A DNA stretch of 64,000 bases from Acidobacteriota bacterium (GTDB lineage Bacteria > Acidobacteriota > UBA4820 > DSQY01): the NCBI GenBank assembly GCA_037444825.1, contig JBBILR010000014.1, forward strand, positions 836 to 64,835, given 5' to 3'. Below, in pieces: positions 33,442 through 43,243 of the stretch; the first letter of the stretch is position 1; each line of letters opens with the position of its first letter. Below the pieces are notes generated by a model. The model searched no databases, had not been told where the DNA came from, and saw only the letters and a program-made list of their open reading frames with translations. The position numbers and the translations under genes are program-made.

Positions 33442-34797
33442 ATGAGCGACTTTCCCCATCTCCCCAGCGTGAAGACCGCCCTGCCCGGACCCAAGGCCCA
33501 ACAGATCATCGAGAGGGACGAAAAGTACGTCTCCACCTCCTACACCCGCGGCTACCCCCTGGTGGCGGAAGAGGCCCGGGGGGCCATCGTCAAGGACCCC
33601 GACGGAAACTACTTCCTCGACTTCGCCGCCGGCATCGCGGTGGTGGCCACGGGCCACTGCCACCCCGAGGTGGTGGCCGCCGTCCGCGAACAGGCCGGGA
33701 AGCTCATGCACATCAGCGGGACCGACTTTTACTACACCTCCCAGGTGGAGGCCGCCGAACTGGTCTCCCGCCACGTGGACGGGAGCGGCACCAACCGCGT
33801 CTTCTTCGGCAACTCCGGGGCCGAAGCCATCGAGTGCGCCATCAAGCTGGCCAAGTACCACACCGAGCGGAAGCGCTTCCTGGCCTTCTTCGGGGCCTTC
33901 CACGGCCGCACCACCGGCGCCCTGAGCCTGACGGCCAGCAAGGCCACCCAGAAGGACCGGTTCTTCCCCCTCATGGGGGGGGTGACCCACGTCCCCTACG
34001 GCTACTGCTACCGCTGCCCCTACGGCCAGACCTACGGAAAGTGCCGCTTCGAGTGCGTCTCCTTCATCGAGGACACGGTCTTCCGCACCATCTGCCCCCC
34101 CCAGGAGGTGGCCGCCATCTTCGTGGAGCCCATCCAGGGGGAGGGGGGCTACGTGGTGCCCCCGCCGGAGTTCCTCCAGGGGCTCCGGGCCATCTGCGAC
34201 CGGTACGACATCCTCCTGGTGGACGACGAGGTCCAGGCCGGCATGGGGCGCACCGGGAAGTTCCTGGCCATCGAACACTTCGGGGTCCGGGGCGACGTGA
34301 CCTGCCTGGCCAAGGGGATCGCCTCGGGCTTGCCGCTCTCGGCCTGCGTGGCCTCCGACCGCATCATGAACTGGCCTCCGGGGAGCCACGCCTCCACCTT
34401 CGGGGGAAACCCCGTCTCCTGCGCCGCCGCCCGGGCCACCATCCGCCTTCTGGACGAAGGGCTCATGGCCAACGCCGCTCACCAGGGCGCTTTCTTGATG
34501 GAGGGGCTCCGGGCCCTGCAGGAAAGGTTCCCGGTCATCGGCGACGTGCGGGGCAAGGGCCTCATGATCGGGGTGGAGCTGGTGAAGGACCGGGAGACCA
34601 AGGAGCGCTTCCCCGAGCTGAGGGACGAGGTGGAGGTGGCCTGCTACCGCCGGGGGCTCCTCGTCCTCGGTTGCGGCCCCAACACCGTTCGGATCTGTCC
34701 CCCGCTGGTCATCGACCGGAGCCAGGCCCGGGCCTTCCTGGAGATCTTCGAGGCGGCCCTCGCCGAAAGTGTGACGCGGATCACATCGGGGGCTTGA
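33442..34797 (+). CDS. Class III pyridoxal-phosphate aminotransferase (GabT / acetylornithine aminotransferase-like)
   Basis: GHCHP, NSGAEAIE, EPIQGEGG, DEVQAGMGRTGKF and TFGGNP. LAKGIASGLP carries the Schiff-base Lys. Substrate cannot be assigned from sequence alone. Confidence 0.85.
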   Translation: MSDFPHLPSVKTALPGPKAQQIIERDEKYVSTSYTRGYPLVAEEARGAIVKDPDGNYFLDFAAGIAVVATGHCHPEVVAAVREQAGKLMHISGTDFYYTSQVEAAELVSRHVDGSGTNRVFFGNSGAEAIECAIKLAKYHTERKRFLAFFGAFHGRTTGALSLTASKATQKDRFFPLMGGVTHVPYGYCYRCPYGQTYGKCRFECVSFIEDTVFRTICPPQEVAAIFVEPIQGEGGYVVPPPEFLQGLRAICDRYDILLVDDEVQAGMGRTGKFLAIEHFGVRGDVTCLAKGIASGLPLSACVASDRIMNWPPGSHASTFGGNPVSCAAARATIRLLDEGLMANAAHQGAFLMEGLRALQERFPVIGDVRGKGLMIGVELVKDRETKERFPELRDEVEVACYRRGLLVLGCGPNTVRICPPLVIDRSQARAFLEIFEAALAESVTRITSGA

Positions 34798-34829
34798 CCG
34801 TCCCCCCGCGCCTGTGACACGCTCCTTCC

Positions 34830-35645
34830 ATGAAGGAAGGGGTCACCGTTCACTTCTGGGGTAGCCGGGGAAGCGTTCCCTGCTTCTCCGGGGACAAGGT
34901 CCGGTTCGGGACCAACACCTCCTGCGTGGAGCTGCGCTGGGGCCACGGGGAGCGCGTCGTCTTCGACGCCGGCACGGGGATCATCGCCCTGGGCCAGGTC
35001 CTCCACCGGAGCGACGCCCTGGAGGAGACGCCCCTCCACCTCTTCCTCTCCCACTTCCACTGGGACCACATCCACGGCCTGCCCTTCTTCCGCCCCGCCT
35101 ACGACAAAAGGACCCGCATGGTGATCTACGGAAGGGCGGGGGTGGAGAAGGTCTTCACCGGACAGCTGCTGGCCCCCTTCTCTCCCATCCCGCTGGAGGC
35201 CCTGGCGGCCCGCATCGAGTACCGCCGGATCGAGGGTCCCTTCGAGGTGGGGAACGCCCAGGTCCGCCCCTTCGAGGTGAACCACCCCCAGAAGTGCCTG
35301 GCCTTCCGGGTGGAGGTCCAGGGGAAAACGGTGGTCTACGCCACCGACACGGAGCCCGACGGGGGGAAGGCCGACGCCCTTCTGGTGGAGATGGCCCGCG
35401 GGGCGGACCTCCTGATCATGGACTCCAACAACTCGGTGGAGGAGGCGGCGGAGCGGAAGGGGTGGGGCCACTCCACGTGGCGGGACTGCGTGAAGACCGC
35501 CCGTAGCGCCGGCGTGGAGCGCCTCGTCCTCTTCCACAACGACCCCTTCCACACGGACAGTGCCCTCCAGCGCAAGGAGCGGGCCGCCCAGCGGCATTTC
35601 CACGACGTCCAGGCCGCCTACGACGGCCTGGTGGTCCACCTCTGA
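34830..35645 (+). CDS. MBL-fold metallo-hydrolase
   Basis: LSHFHWDHIHG (the HxHxDH motif), plus downstream D/H ligands (ATDTEPD, GHST). Confidence 0.8.
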   Translation: MKEGVTVHFWGSRGSVPCFSGDKVRFGTNTSCVELRWGHGERVVFDAGTGIIALGQVLHRSDALEETPLHLFLSHFHWDHIHGLPFFRPAYDKRTRMVIYGRAGVEKVFTGQLLAPFSPIPLEALAARIEYRRIEGPFEVGNAQVRPFEVNHPQKCLAFRVEVQGKTVVYATDTEPDGGKADALLVEMARGADLLIMDSNNSVEEAAERKGWGHSTWRDCVKTARSAGVERLVLFHNDPFHTDSALQRKERAAQRHFHDVQAAYDGLVVHL

Positions 35646-35656
35646 GCGGGGCCCCC

Positions 35657-36166
35657 TTGGCGGGAGAGGGGCTTCTCTTTCTCGGCAGCAACCTGGAACC
35701 GCGTTTCCGCCGCCTTGTGGAGGCGGAGCGGCTGCTCGTCCGGTGGGGAGGGCTCACGGTCCTGTGCCGGTCCGCGGTCTACGAAACGGAGCCGGTGGTC
35801 CGCCCGCGCCAGCCGTGGTTCCTCAACCGGGTCCTGCGGGTGCGAGGGCCGTTGGACGGCCTGTCGCTTCTGTCCCTGGCCCAGCACGTGGAGAGGGCCC
35901 TGGGGCGGCGCCGGGGACTGGACAAAGGGCCCCGGACGGTGGACGTGGACATCCTGCACTGGGAGGGGTGGGTGCGGAAAACGCCCCGGCTCACCCTTCC
36001 CCACCCGGCCATTCCCTTAAGGCGCTGCGTCCTGATCCCCCTCCAGGAAGCCGACCCGGCCTGGCGCCACCCCGTGTCGCGCGCCTCGACCGAAGAGCTG
36101 CTCGCGGCCTGTCCCGACCGTTCGGCCGTGCGGCTATTCCTTCCGGTACTTGACGAGGAGGGGTGA
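35657..36166 (+). CDS. folK: 2-amino-4-hydroxy-6-hydroxymethyldihydropteridine diphosphokinase (HPPK)
   Basis: LGSNL, YETEP, RTVDVDIL and LTLPHP. The TTG start is uncertain. Confidence 0.8.
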   Translation: MAGEGLLFLGSNLEPRFRRLVEAERLLVRWGGLTVLCRSAVYETEPVVRPRQPWFLNRVLRVRGPLDGLSLLSLAQHVERALGRRRGLDKGPRTVDVDILHWEGWVRKTPRLTLPHPAIPLRRCVLIPLQEADPAWRHPVSRASTEELLAACPDRSAVRLFLPVLDEEG

Positions 36167-37456
36167 GCCCTCGAAGCCGAAGGCGGCCCGCAGCCCGTTC
36201 TTGAGGTAGCGGGAGTAGGCCTCGGGGGGGGGGAACCGCGAGTTCGTGAAGATGGTCACGATGGGGGGGGCCTCTCCGGTCTGGACGGCGTAGCGGATCT
36301 TCAGTTCCTTCCCCTGGATGGACGGTGGGGAAACCCGGGCCACCAGGTCCTTCACCGCCTCGTTGAGGGCCGACGTGGGGATCTTCCTTAGGAAGTTGTC
36401 GAAGACGCGGGCCGCCTCGGGGAGGAGGCGGTCCACGTGCCGGCCCGTCTTGGCCGAGACCCGGAGGAGGGGGAGGTAGGGAACGAAGGCGAAGCGCTCC
36501 CGGACGGCCTCCTCCACCTGCCGGGCCCGCTCCTCGCCCCCCAGGAGGTCCCACTTGTTGAGGACCACGATGCCGGCCCTCCGGGACCGCTCCAGAAGCC
36601 CCGCGATGTGCGCGTCCTGGTGGGAAGGTTTTTCGGTGGCGTCCAAAACGAGAAGGGCGACGTGGCAGGTCTCCAGGCTTCGCCGGGCCAGAATCACCGA
36701 CAGGATCTCCGCGCCGCGCTCCGTCTTGCTTTTCCTCCGAATGCCCGCGGTGTCCAGGAGGAGGAACTCCCGGCCCGCGGCGGAGACGTGGGCGTCCACC
36801 GGGTCCCGCGTCGTCCCCGGAATCTCCGAGACCAGGGCCCGGCGGGTCCCCAGGAGGCGGTTCAGGAGCGAGGACTTGCCCACGTTGGGGCGGCCCACGA
36901 TGGCCACCCGGATCACGTCCCCCGGGGCCGTTTCCGCCTCGGTGGAGGCCCCCGCCTCCCGGGCCTTGGCCACCAGGAAGTCCCACAGCTCCTCCGTCCC
37001 CCCGCCGTGTTCGGCGGAGACGGTGAAGACGGGGTCGAGTCCCAGGGAGTAGAAGTCGGCCGCCCGGGACCGGTGCTCCTCCACGTCCACCTTGTTCACG
37101 ACGAGGGCCGCGCGCTTTCCCCCCTGCAGAAGGCGCCGGGCGATCTCCCGGTCCACGGGGTTGAGCCCCTCCTTGCCGTCCACCAGGAGGAGAACCAGGT
37201 CCCCCCCTTCCAGCGCCACCTGGACCTGCTCCTCCACCAGGGCCAGCAGGCGATCCTCCCGCTCTCCGAAGATGCCCCCGGTGTCCACGAGCTGGATGGC
37301 CTCGCCGTCCCGCTCGGCGACGGCCACGTTCAGGTCCCGGGTCACCCCCGGCTGGTCGTGGACCAGGGCCTTTCGGCGTCCCAGGAGCCGGTTGTAGAGC
37401 GTGGACTTGCCCACGTTGGGACGGCCGGCGATGACCACGGAGAAGAGCCTGGACAC
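36134..37456 (-). CDS. der: Ribosome-biogenesis GTPase Der/EngA
   Basis: Two G domains (GRPNVGKSTL/DTGG/NKVD and GRPNVGKSSL/DTAG/NKWD) plus a KH-like C-terminus. GTG 37456 lies 5 nt after GGGAGG. Confidence 0.93.
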   Translation of the reverse strand: MSRLFSVVIAGRPNVGKSTLYNRLLGRRKALVHDQPGVTRDLNVAVAERDGEAIQLVDTGGIFGEREDRLLALVEEQVQVALEGGDLVLLLVDGKEGLNPVDREIARRLLQGGKRAALVVNKVDVEEHRSRAADFYSLGLDPVFTVSAEHGGGTEELWDFLVAKAREAGASTEAETAPGDVIRVAIVGRPNVGKSSLLNRLLGTRRALVSEIPGTTRDPVDAHVSAAGREFLLLDTAGIRRKSKTERGAEILSVILARRSLETCHVALLVLDATEKPSHQDAHIAGLLERSRRAGIVVLNKWDLLGGEERARQVEEAVRERFAFVPYLPLLRVSAKTGRHVDRLLPEAARVFDNFLRKIPTSALNEAVKDLVARVSPPSIQGKELKIRYAVQTGEAPPIVTIFTNSRFPPPEAYSRYLKNGLRAAFGFEGSPLLVKYRKE

Positions 37457-37553
37457 GGGAACCTCCCGGTGACAGGATAACAAAGGCCGGCCCCGTTGGC
37501 GAAGCCGGGAATGAAGCGCGCCGGCGGCCGGTTCCTGGGCTGGAGGTGGAACG

Positions 37554-37886
37554 ATGGGCCCCGACGAGACGACGGCCGCTCCCGAAGGAAGCTTGGAGCA
37601 GGCCTGCTACAAGGCGCTGGAGGCGGTGGTGGACCCGGAGCTGGGCCTCGACGTGGTGAGCCTGGGGCTGGTCTACCGCCTGGAGGTGAAGGAAGGGGAG
37701 GTCCAGCTGGACATGACCATGACCTCCCCCGGCTGCCCCGTGGCCGACCAGCTCCTGCTGGAAGCCAACAACGCCCTCCTCAAGGTCCCCGGCGTGGAAA
37801 AGGCCCGGGTGAACCTGGTCTGGTCCCCCCCTTGGTCGCCGGAGATGATGAGCCTGGAGGCCAAGATGGCCCTGGGCTTCGCCTGA
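37554..37886 (+). CDS. DUF59/MIP18-family Fe-S assembly protein (SufT/PaaD-like)
   Basis: DPELGLDVVSLGLVY, MTMTSPGCP and VNLVWSPPW. Confidence 0.8.
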   Translation: MGPDETTAAPEGSLEQACYKALEAVVDPELGLDVVSLGLVYRLEVKEGEVQLDMTMTSPGCPVADQLLLEANNALLKVPGVEKARVNLVWSPPWSPEMMSLEAKMALGFA

Positions 37887-37951
37887 GGAACCGGGAAAAT
37901 TCCCCAGGGGCCGCCACAGGGCGGCGTCCCGTCTTGGAGGGCGGAACGGGG

Positions 37952-37957
37952 TATACT
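37952..37957 (+). promoter_or_regulatory. -10-like hexamer TATACT upstream of the ald-family operon
   Basis: TATACT lies 116 nt before ATG 38074. No good -35 at 16-18 nt spacing. Confidence 0.25.
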
Positions 37958-38073
37958 ATCCTGGTGAACGGAACGCGTCGGCGGGGAGACCGGAAGAGCG
38001 GCCGGAGGGGCTGGCGCCGGGGCTCCGGCGGCGCGGGGGCTTGGGTTCCAGCCCCGGAGGAAAGGGGTGGTCC

Positions 38074-39198
38074 ATGAGGTTCGGTGTTCCCAAGGAATGC
38101 GGTCTCCAGCCCAATTGCGAGGAAAAGCGGGTGGGACTCACCCCCGCGGGAGTCCGCGAACTCGTGGACGCGGGTGCCGAGGTGGTGGTGGAGACGGGGG
38201 CCGGAGCCGCCGCGGGCTTCGGCGACGAGACCTATCGGAAAGTGGGGGCCCAGGTGGTCTACTCCCACGAGGAGGCGGTGGGACGGTCCGACGTGGTGGT
38301 CCGCATCGGCAGGCCCTCCCTTCCCGACCTGGAACTCATGGCCCCCGGGACGGCGGTTTTGGGTTTCCTCCACCTGGCGGTGGCGGGGGACGCCTACCTG
38401 GCCAAGATGAAGAGCCGCGGCCTCACCGCCGTCGGCTACGAGGTGATCCAGGACCACGACGGTTCCCTGCCCATCCTGCGGATTTCCTCGGAGATCGCCG
38501 GGAAGATGGCCCCCCAGATCGCCGGGAGGCTCCTGGAGACCTCTTCCGGCGGCATGGGCATCCTCCTCGGCGGCGCCCCGGGGATTCCGCCCGCCGACGT
38601 GGTGGTCATCGGCGGCGGCACCCTGGGCTTTCACTGCGCCCGGGCTTTTTTAGGGCTGGGGTGCAGCGTGTACGTCCTCGACATCTCCCAGAAGGCCCTG
38701 GAGATGATCGACCGGCGGCTGGGGGGGCGGGTGGTCACCGCCCACGCCACCAAGGAAAACCTGGAGAAGTTCGTGGCCTTCGCCGAGGTGCTGGTGGGGG
38801 CCGTCCTGGTCCCCGGCGAGATCGCCCCCATCGTGGTCACCAAGGAGATGGTCCAGCGCATGCGGCCCGGGAGCGTGATCCTGGACTTCTCCTTCGACCA
38901 GGGGGGGTGCGTCGAGACCACCCGGATGCAGGGGCCAACGGGGGGCGTCTTCGTCCGGGAGGGGATCCTCCACTTCGCCGTGCCCAACTGCCCCTCCTTC
39001 GTGGCGAGGACGTCCAGCTACGCCCTGACCCACGCCCTCCTCCCCTTCCTCCTCTCCATGCAGCAGAAGGGGCTGAAGCGCGCCGTGGCCGAATGGAAGG
39101 ACCTCCAGCGCGGGTGCTACCTGTTCAACGGCGAGGTGGTGAGCCGCTACATTTCCAAGAACCCCGCCGACCTTTCCCGGCTTCTCGGGGGGGAGTGA
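38074..39198 (+). CDS. Alanine dehydrogenase / PNT-family NAD-dependent dehydrogenase
   Basis: MRFGVPKE.....E.RVGLTPAGVRELV, and a Rossmann motif VVVIGGGTLG. About 375 aa, typical of Ald. Exact substrate not established. Confidence 0.75.
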   Translation: MRFGVPKECGLQPNCEEKRVGLTPAGVRELVDAGAEVVVETGAGAAAGFGDETYRKVGAQVVYSHEEAVGRSDVVVRIGRPSLPDLELMAPGTAVLGFLHLAVAGDAYLAKMKSRGLTAVGYEVIQDHDGSLPILRISSEIAGKMAPQIAGRLLETSSGGMGILLGGAPGIPPADVVVIGGGTLGFHCARAFLGLGCSVYVLDISQKALEMIDRRLGGRVVTAHATKENLEKFVAFAEVLVGAVLVPGEIAPIVVTKEMVQRMRPGSVILDFSFDQGGCVETTRMQGPTGGVFVREGILHFAVPNCPSFVARTSSYALTHALLPFLLSMQQKGLKRAVAEWKDLQRGCYLFNGEVVSRYISKNPADLSRLLGGE

Positions 39199-39201
39199 GC
39201 C

Positions 39202-40500
39202 ATGTCCTGGATGGACGACTACAAGAAGAAACTCTGCACGCCGGAGGAGGCCGTCCGGGCCGTCATGTCCGGCGACTGGGTGATGATCAGCGGAAACGCC
39301 GCGGCCCCCTGGGCCCTCCTGCACGCCCTGGCCGCCCGGGCCGACGAACTGAGGGACGTCACCCTCTCCCATGTGCTCCTCATGGGGGAGGACCCCTTCA
39401 GCAAGCCGGGCATGGAGAAGGCCTTCCGCCACAACTCCCTCTTCGTGGGCCCGGGCGACCGCGCCTCCGTCAACGACGGGCGCTCGGCCTACGTCCCCAT
39501 TCACCTCCACATGATCCCCAAGGCCATCCGCAGCGGGGCCAGCCGCGTGGACGTGGCCATGATCCAGTGCTCCCCCCCCGACGACCACGGCTTCATGAGC
39601 CTGGGGGTGGAGGTCATGACCACCAAGGCCGCCGTGGAGGCGGCGAAGACCGTCATCGTCCAGGTCAACGAGCAGATGCCCCGGGTCCTGGGCGATTCGT
39701 TCCTCCACGTCTCCCGGGCCACCCACATCGTGGAACACAGCCAGCCCCTGCTGGAGCTTCAGGGAAAACCCGCCACGGAAGTGGAGCGGCGCATCGGCGC
39801 CTTCATCGCCGAGATGATCCCCGACGGCGCGACGCTCCAGATGGGCATCGGGGGCATCCCCGACGCCGTCCTGGCCCTCTTGGAGGGCAAACGGGACCTG
39901 GGGATCCACACGGAGATGATCTCCGACGGCCTGGTGCGGGCCATGGAGCAGGGGATCATCACCGGCAACCGGAAGACCCTGCACCCCGGGAAGGTGGTGG
40001 CCACCTTCATCCTGGGAACCCGGAAGCTCTACGACTTCGTCCACGACAACCCCCTCTTCGAACTGCACCCCGTGGAGCACACCAACAACCCCTTCGTCAT
40101 CGCCCAGAACGACAACATGGTGGCCATCAACTCCGCCCTGGAGGTGGACCTCACGGGCCAGGTCTGCTCCGACTCCATCGGGACGTACATTTACAGCGGC
40201 TTCGGCGGCCAGCTCGACTTCATCCGGGGGGCGGCGGCCAGCAAGGGGGGCAAGCCCATCATCGCGCTCCCCTCCACCGCCAAGAACAACACCATGACCC
40301 GCATCGTCCCCAAGCTGAAGGAGGGGTCCGGCGTGGTCACCACCCGGGCCGACGTCCACTACGTCGTCACCGAGTACGGCGTCGCCAACCTGTGGGGAAA
40401 GAACCTCCAGGAGCGGGCCAAGGCCCTCATCCAGATCGCCCATCCCGACTTCCGCGACATGCTCGAAAAGGAAGCCCGGGAACGCCACCTCATCGTCTGA
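39202..40500 (+). CDS. Acetyl-CoA hydrolase/transferase family protein (4-hydroxybutyrate CoA-transferase-like)
   Basis: 432 aa. GATLQMGIGGIPDAV, NSALEVDLTGQVCSD and SGFGGQLDFIRGA. Confidence 0.85.
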   Translation: MSWMDDYKKKLCTPEEAVRAVMSGDWVMISGNAAAPWALLHALAARADELRDVTLSHVLLMGEDPFSKPGMEKAFRHNSLFVGPGDRASVNDGRSAYVPIHLHMIPKAIRSGASRVDVAMIQCSPPDDHGFMSLGVEVMTTKAAVEAAKTVIVQVNEQMPRVLGDSFLHVSRATHIVEHSQPLLELQGKPATEVERRIGAFIAEMIPDGATLQMGIGGIPDAVLALLEGKRDLGIHTEMISDGLVRAMEQGIITGNRKTLHPGKVVATFILGTRKLYDFVHDNPLFELHPVEHTNNPFVIAQNDNMVAINSALEVDLTGQVCSDSIGTYIYSGFGGQLDFIRGAAASKGGKPIIALPSTAKNNTMTRIVPKLKEGSGVVTTRADVHYVVTEYGVANLWGKNLQERAKALIQIAHPDFRDMLEKEARERHLIV

Positions 40501-40515
40501 GCGAAGAGGAGAGCC

Positions 40516-40746
40516 ATGCGGTCCGTCACCATCGAATACTGCGGCGTTTGAAACTACGAACCCAGAGCGGCCGGTCTGGCCGCGCGGATCGAGCGGGAGC
40601 TGGGGCTCAAGGCCGCCCTCATCCGCTCCTCGGGAGGGGTCTTCGAAGTGGCGCTGGACGGGAAACTGCTCCACTCCAAGAAGCGGACCGGCGTGTTTCC
40701 CGACGAAGAAGCCCTCCTGGCGGAGATGGCGGCCCTCCTGAAGTGA
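40516..40746 (+). CDS. SelW/SelT/SelH (Rdx) family selenoprotein, in-frame TGA (Sec) at 40549-40551
   Basis: ATG after GAGGAG. Translation MRSVTIEYCGV-U-NYEPRAAGLAARIERELGLKAALIRSSGGVFEVALDGKLLHSKKRTGVFPDEEALLAEMAALLK has the Rdx hallmarks (IEYC-x-x-U, GG-FEV, DG-L-SKK-G-FP). The frame is open and GC3-rich on both sides of the TGA. Confidence 0.85.
40567..40583 (+). promoter_or_regulatory. Bacterial SECIS-like hairpin
   Basis: GCGGCC-GGTCT-GGCCGC starts 18 nt after the TGA. The apical GGUCU resembles the E. coli fdhF SECIS apex (GCAGGUCUGC), one codon further from the UGA than in fdhF. Confidence 0.7.
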
Positions 40747-40771
40747 CCCCCGCGGGACCGGGGAGAAGGCC

Positions 40772-41194
40772 ATGGACATCAACGCCGTCATCCTGATCGT
40801 CGAGGCCCACGCCGGAAAGATCGCCGAGAAGTACGTGGAGCGCCTCCGGAAGGAGCAGGGGATGGAATCCTACGCCCTCAAGTCCGACCGGGAGCTCATG
40901 GACCACGTGAAGCGCGCCTACGAGGAGATCGGCACCTGCCTCGACGACCCCTCCCACCCCGTCCTCCAAGACCACTTCCGGGAGACGGGCCGGCGGCGGA
41001 AGAGGGAGGGCGTTCCCCTGGTCCAGGTGGTGCGGGCCGTCCAGATCGCCCGCATCGTCCTCTGGCAGTACGTCCTGGAGCAGGGGGTCTTCGACTCCAC
41101 CGCCAACCTGTACCAGGGGCTCAACCTCTACCGCCAGGTGGTGAACTTCTTCGACCGGGCGGTCCTGTACACCCTCGAAGGGTACCTCGAGTAA
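40772..41194 (+). CDS. Hypothetical helical protein (possibly RsbR-N/globin-coupled-sensor-like)
   Basis: 140 aa, all-helical in character, with SD GGGGAGAAGG and high GC3. The family assignment is only an impression. Confidence 0.5.
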   Translation: MDINAVILIVEAHAGKIAEKYVERLRKEQGMESYALKSDRELMDHVKRAYEEIGTCLDDPSHPVLQDHFRETGRRRKREGVPLVQVVRAVQIARIVLWQYVLEQGVFDSTANLYQGLNLYRQVVNFFDRAVLYTLEGYLE

Positions 41195-41215
41195 ACCGCC
41201 GGCCTTCGGGTCGCC

Positions 41216-43060
41216 TCAGCAGCAGCGCTGGGGCACCCCCTCCGGCACCTCGGCGGGGCCGAAGGCCTTGGGGGGCAGAGGCTCGCCCCTCAGCGTGGCC
41301 AGGCACCGGCGGAGGGCGTCGGCCAGGATGATGACCACCATGACCATCATGATGGCCGTCAGCGAAGCCTGGAGGTAGCCCTGGAAGGCCTTCCCCGGCT
41401 TCTGGGCCAGCGGAAGGTAGATGTGGGCGATGCCGAGGGCCCCCGCCGTGAGCGTGGTGACGGCCACGAAGACCATGGGGAGGGCCGTGGCCCACGCGTA
41501 CCGCGCCTTCCCCATGTTCACGAGAAAGGTGGTGCCGATGGCCAGGGCCACCGTGGCCAGGAGCTGGTTGGCGGTGCCGAACATGGGCCAGATGGTCTGC
41601 ACCGACCCGGTGTAGATGAAATACCCCCAGGAGAAGCAGATGACCGTGGTGGTGGCCACGTTCCCCGGAAGCCAGGAGGGGTTCCCCATGGGCTTGTAGT
41701 AGTTCCCCAGGAACTCCTGGAGCAGGAAGCGGGCCACCCGGGTGCCGGCGTCGATGGTGGTGAGGATGAAGAGGGCCTCGAACATGATGGCGAAGTGGTA
41801 CCAGACGGCCATGAGGGGCCTCAGGCCCGGCAGGGACCCGAAGATCTGCGCCATCCCCACGGCCAGCGTCACGGCCCCTCCCGCCCGTCCGGTGACGTCT
41901 TCCCCCACCTCCACGTTGAGGGTGGAGAGGTCCACCGTTTCCATTCCCAGCTTCCGGAAGAGTTCGGGGGGGAGGTTGATGGCGTAGTAGTCGCCGGGGT
42001 GGAGGGAGCAGGCGGCCACGAGGGCCACCACCCCCACCAGGCTCTCCATCAGCATGGCCCCGTAGCCGATGAAGCGGGCGTGGGACTCGCGGTCCACCAT
42101 CTTCGGCGTGGTCCCCGAGGAAACCAAGGCGTGAAAGCCCGAAATGGCGCCGCAGGCGATGGTGACGAACATGAAGGGGAAGAGCTTCCCGGGGATGATG
42201 GGGCCTCCGCCGTGGACGAAGGCGGTGAAGGGCTCGAAGTGGAGGTCCGGGTGCACCACCAGGACACCCGCCACCAGGGCGAAGATGGTCCCCACCTTCA
42301 TGTAGGAGGAGAGGTAGTCCCGGGGCGCCAGGAGGAGCCACACCGGCAGGACCGACGCGGCGAAGCCGTAGAGCGCCAAGAGGACGGTCAACTGGTGGGT
42401 GTTGAAGGTGAAGAAGCGGGCCAGGGAGGAGTGGGCCACGAACTGCCCCAACACGACGCAGACGATCAGAGCCGCCACCCCGGCCAGGGAGGGGCCCCGG
42501 ACCGAACCGGGGCGGATTTTGAACATGAAAAGGCCCATGGCGACGGCGATGGGGATGGTCATGGCGATGGTGAAGGTGCCCCACGGCGAGGCGGCGAGGG
42601 CGTTGACCACCACGAGCCCCAGGCCGGCCAGGGCCACCACGACGATGAAGAGGACGGCCACCCCCGCCGTGAAGGCCGCCACCGGGCCGATCTCCGCCCG
42701 CGCGATCTCCGGGAGGGACCGCCCGTTGTGGCGCACCGAGGCCACCAGGATGGTGAAGTCGTGGACGCACCCCGCCAGCACCGAACCCAAAAGGAGCCAC
42801 AGGAGGCCCGGCGCCCACCCGAACTGGGCCGCCAGCACCGGCCCCACCAGGGGCCCCGCCCCCGCGATGGCGGCGAAGTGGTGGCCGAAGAGGACCCACT
42901 TGTTCATGGGAAGGTAGTTGTGGCCGTCCTGGAACCGGTGGGCCGGCGTCGTCCGGGAATCGTCCAGCACGAGAGCCCGGGCCGCCAGAAAGGCGCTGTA
43001 GTACCGGTACCCCAGGGCGAGAACGCACAGGGCCGCCACCAGGATGGGCAACGTGTTCAT
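41216..43060 (-). CDS. cstA: Carbon starvation protein A (peptide/pyruvate transporter family)
   Basis: 614 aa, polytopic. N-terminal [41 protein letters not shown] and GCVHDF. Confidence 0.93.
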   Translation of the reverse strand: MNTLPILVAALCVLALGYRYYSAFLAARALVLDDSRTTPAHRFQDGHNYLPMNKWVLFGHHFAAIAGAGPLVGPVLAAQFGWAPGLLWLLLGSVLAGCVHDFTILVASVRHNGRSLPEIARAEIGPVAAFTAGVAVLFIVVVALAGLGLVVVNALAASPWGTFTIAMTIPIAVAMGLFMFKIRPGSVRGPSLAGVAALIVCVVLGQFVAHSSLARFFTFNTHQLTVLLALYGFAASVLPVWLLLAPRDYLSSYMKVGTIFALVAGVLVVHPDLHFEPFTAFVHGGGPIIPGKLFPFMFVTIACGAISGFHALVSSGTTPKMVDRESHARFIGYGAMLMESLVGVVALVAACSLHPGDYYAINLPPELFRKLGMETVDLSTLNVEVGEDVTGRAGGAVTLAVGMAQIFGSLPGLRPLMAVWYHFAIMFEALFILTTIDAGTRVARFLLQEFLGNYYKPMGNPSWLPGNVATTTVICFSWGYFIYTGSVQTIWPMFGTANQLLATVALAIGTTFLVNMGKARYAWATALPMVFVAVTTLTAGALGIAHIYLPLAQKPGKAFQGYLQASLTAIMMVMVVIILADALRRCLATLRGEPLPPKAFGPAEVPEGVPQRCC

Positions 43061-43135
43061 CGGGCCTCCCCCCTCGCGTTCGCGAGGTCCCTACTTACCA
43101 CGTCCCACGGGGCTTGGCAAGGAGGGGGGAGTGGG

Positions 43136-43243
43136 GAAGTGAGGAAGCGAGGAGGTAAGGAAGACCCATGCCTGCGGGATGCCGGGGTCGGACCTCATTC
43201 TTCGGCGGCCTTTGCGGTTTTTTCTTCCTGACTTCCTCACTTC
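43136..43243. repeat. Long imperfect inverted repeat between the oxidoreductase stop and the cstA promoter region
   Basis: GAAGTGAGGAAG (43136-43147) is the exact reverse complement of CTTCCTCACTTC (43232-43243). An inner pair is AGGAAGA (43158-43164) / TCTTCCT (43223-43229). About 58 nt lie between the inner arms, and no U-tract follows on the reverse strand. Confidence 0.7.

Noticed and set aside
37958-38073. A glycine riboswitch upstream of the alanine dehydrogenase-family gene (ACCGGAAGAGCGG resembles ACCGAAGGGGCAA).
   Set aside because: Only a partial match to one conserved segment. The GGAGAG / CUCUGGAGAG and tandem-aptamer features are absent.
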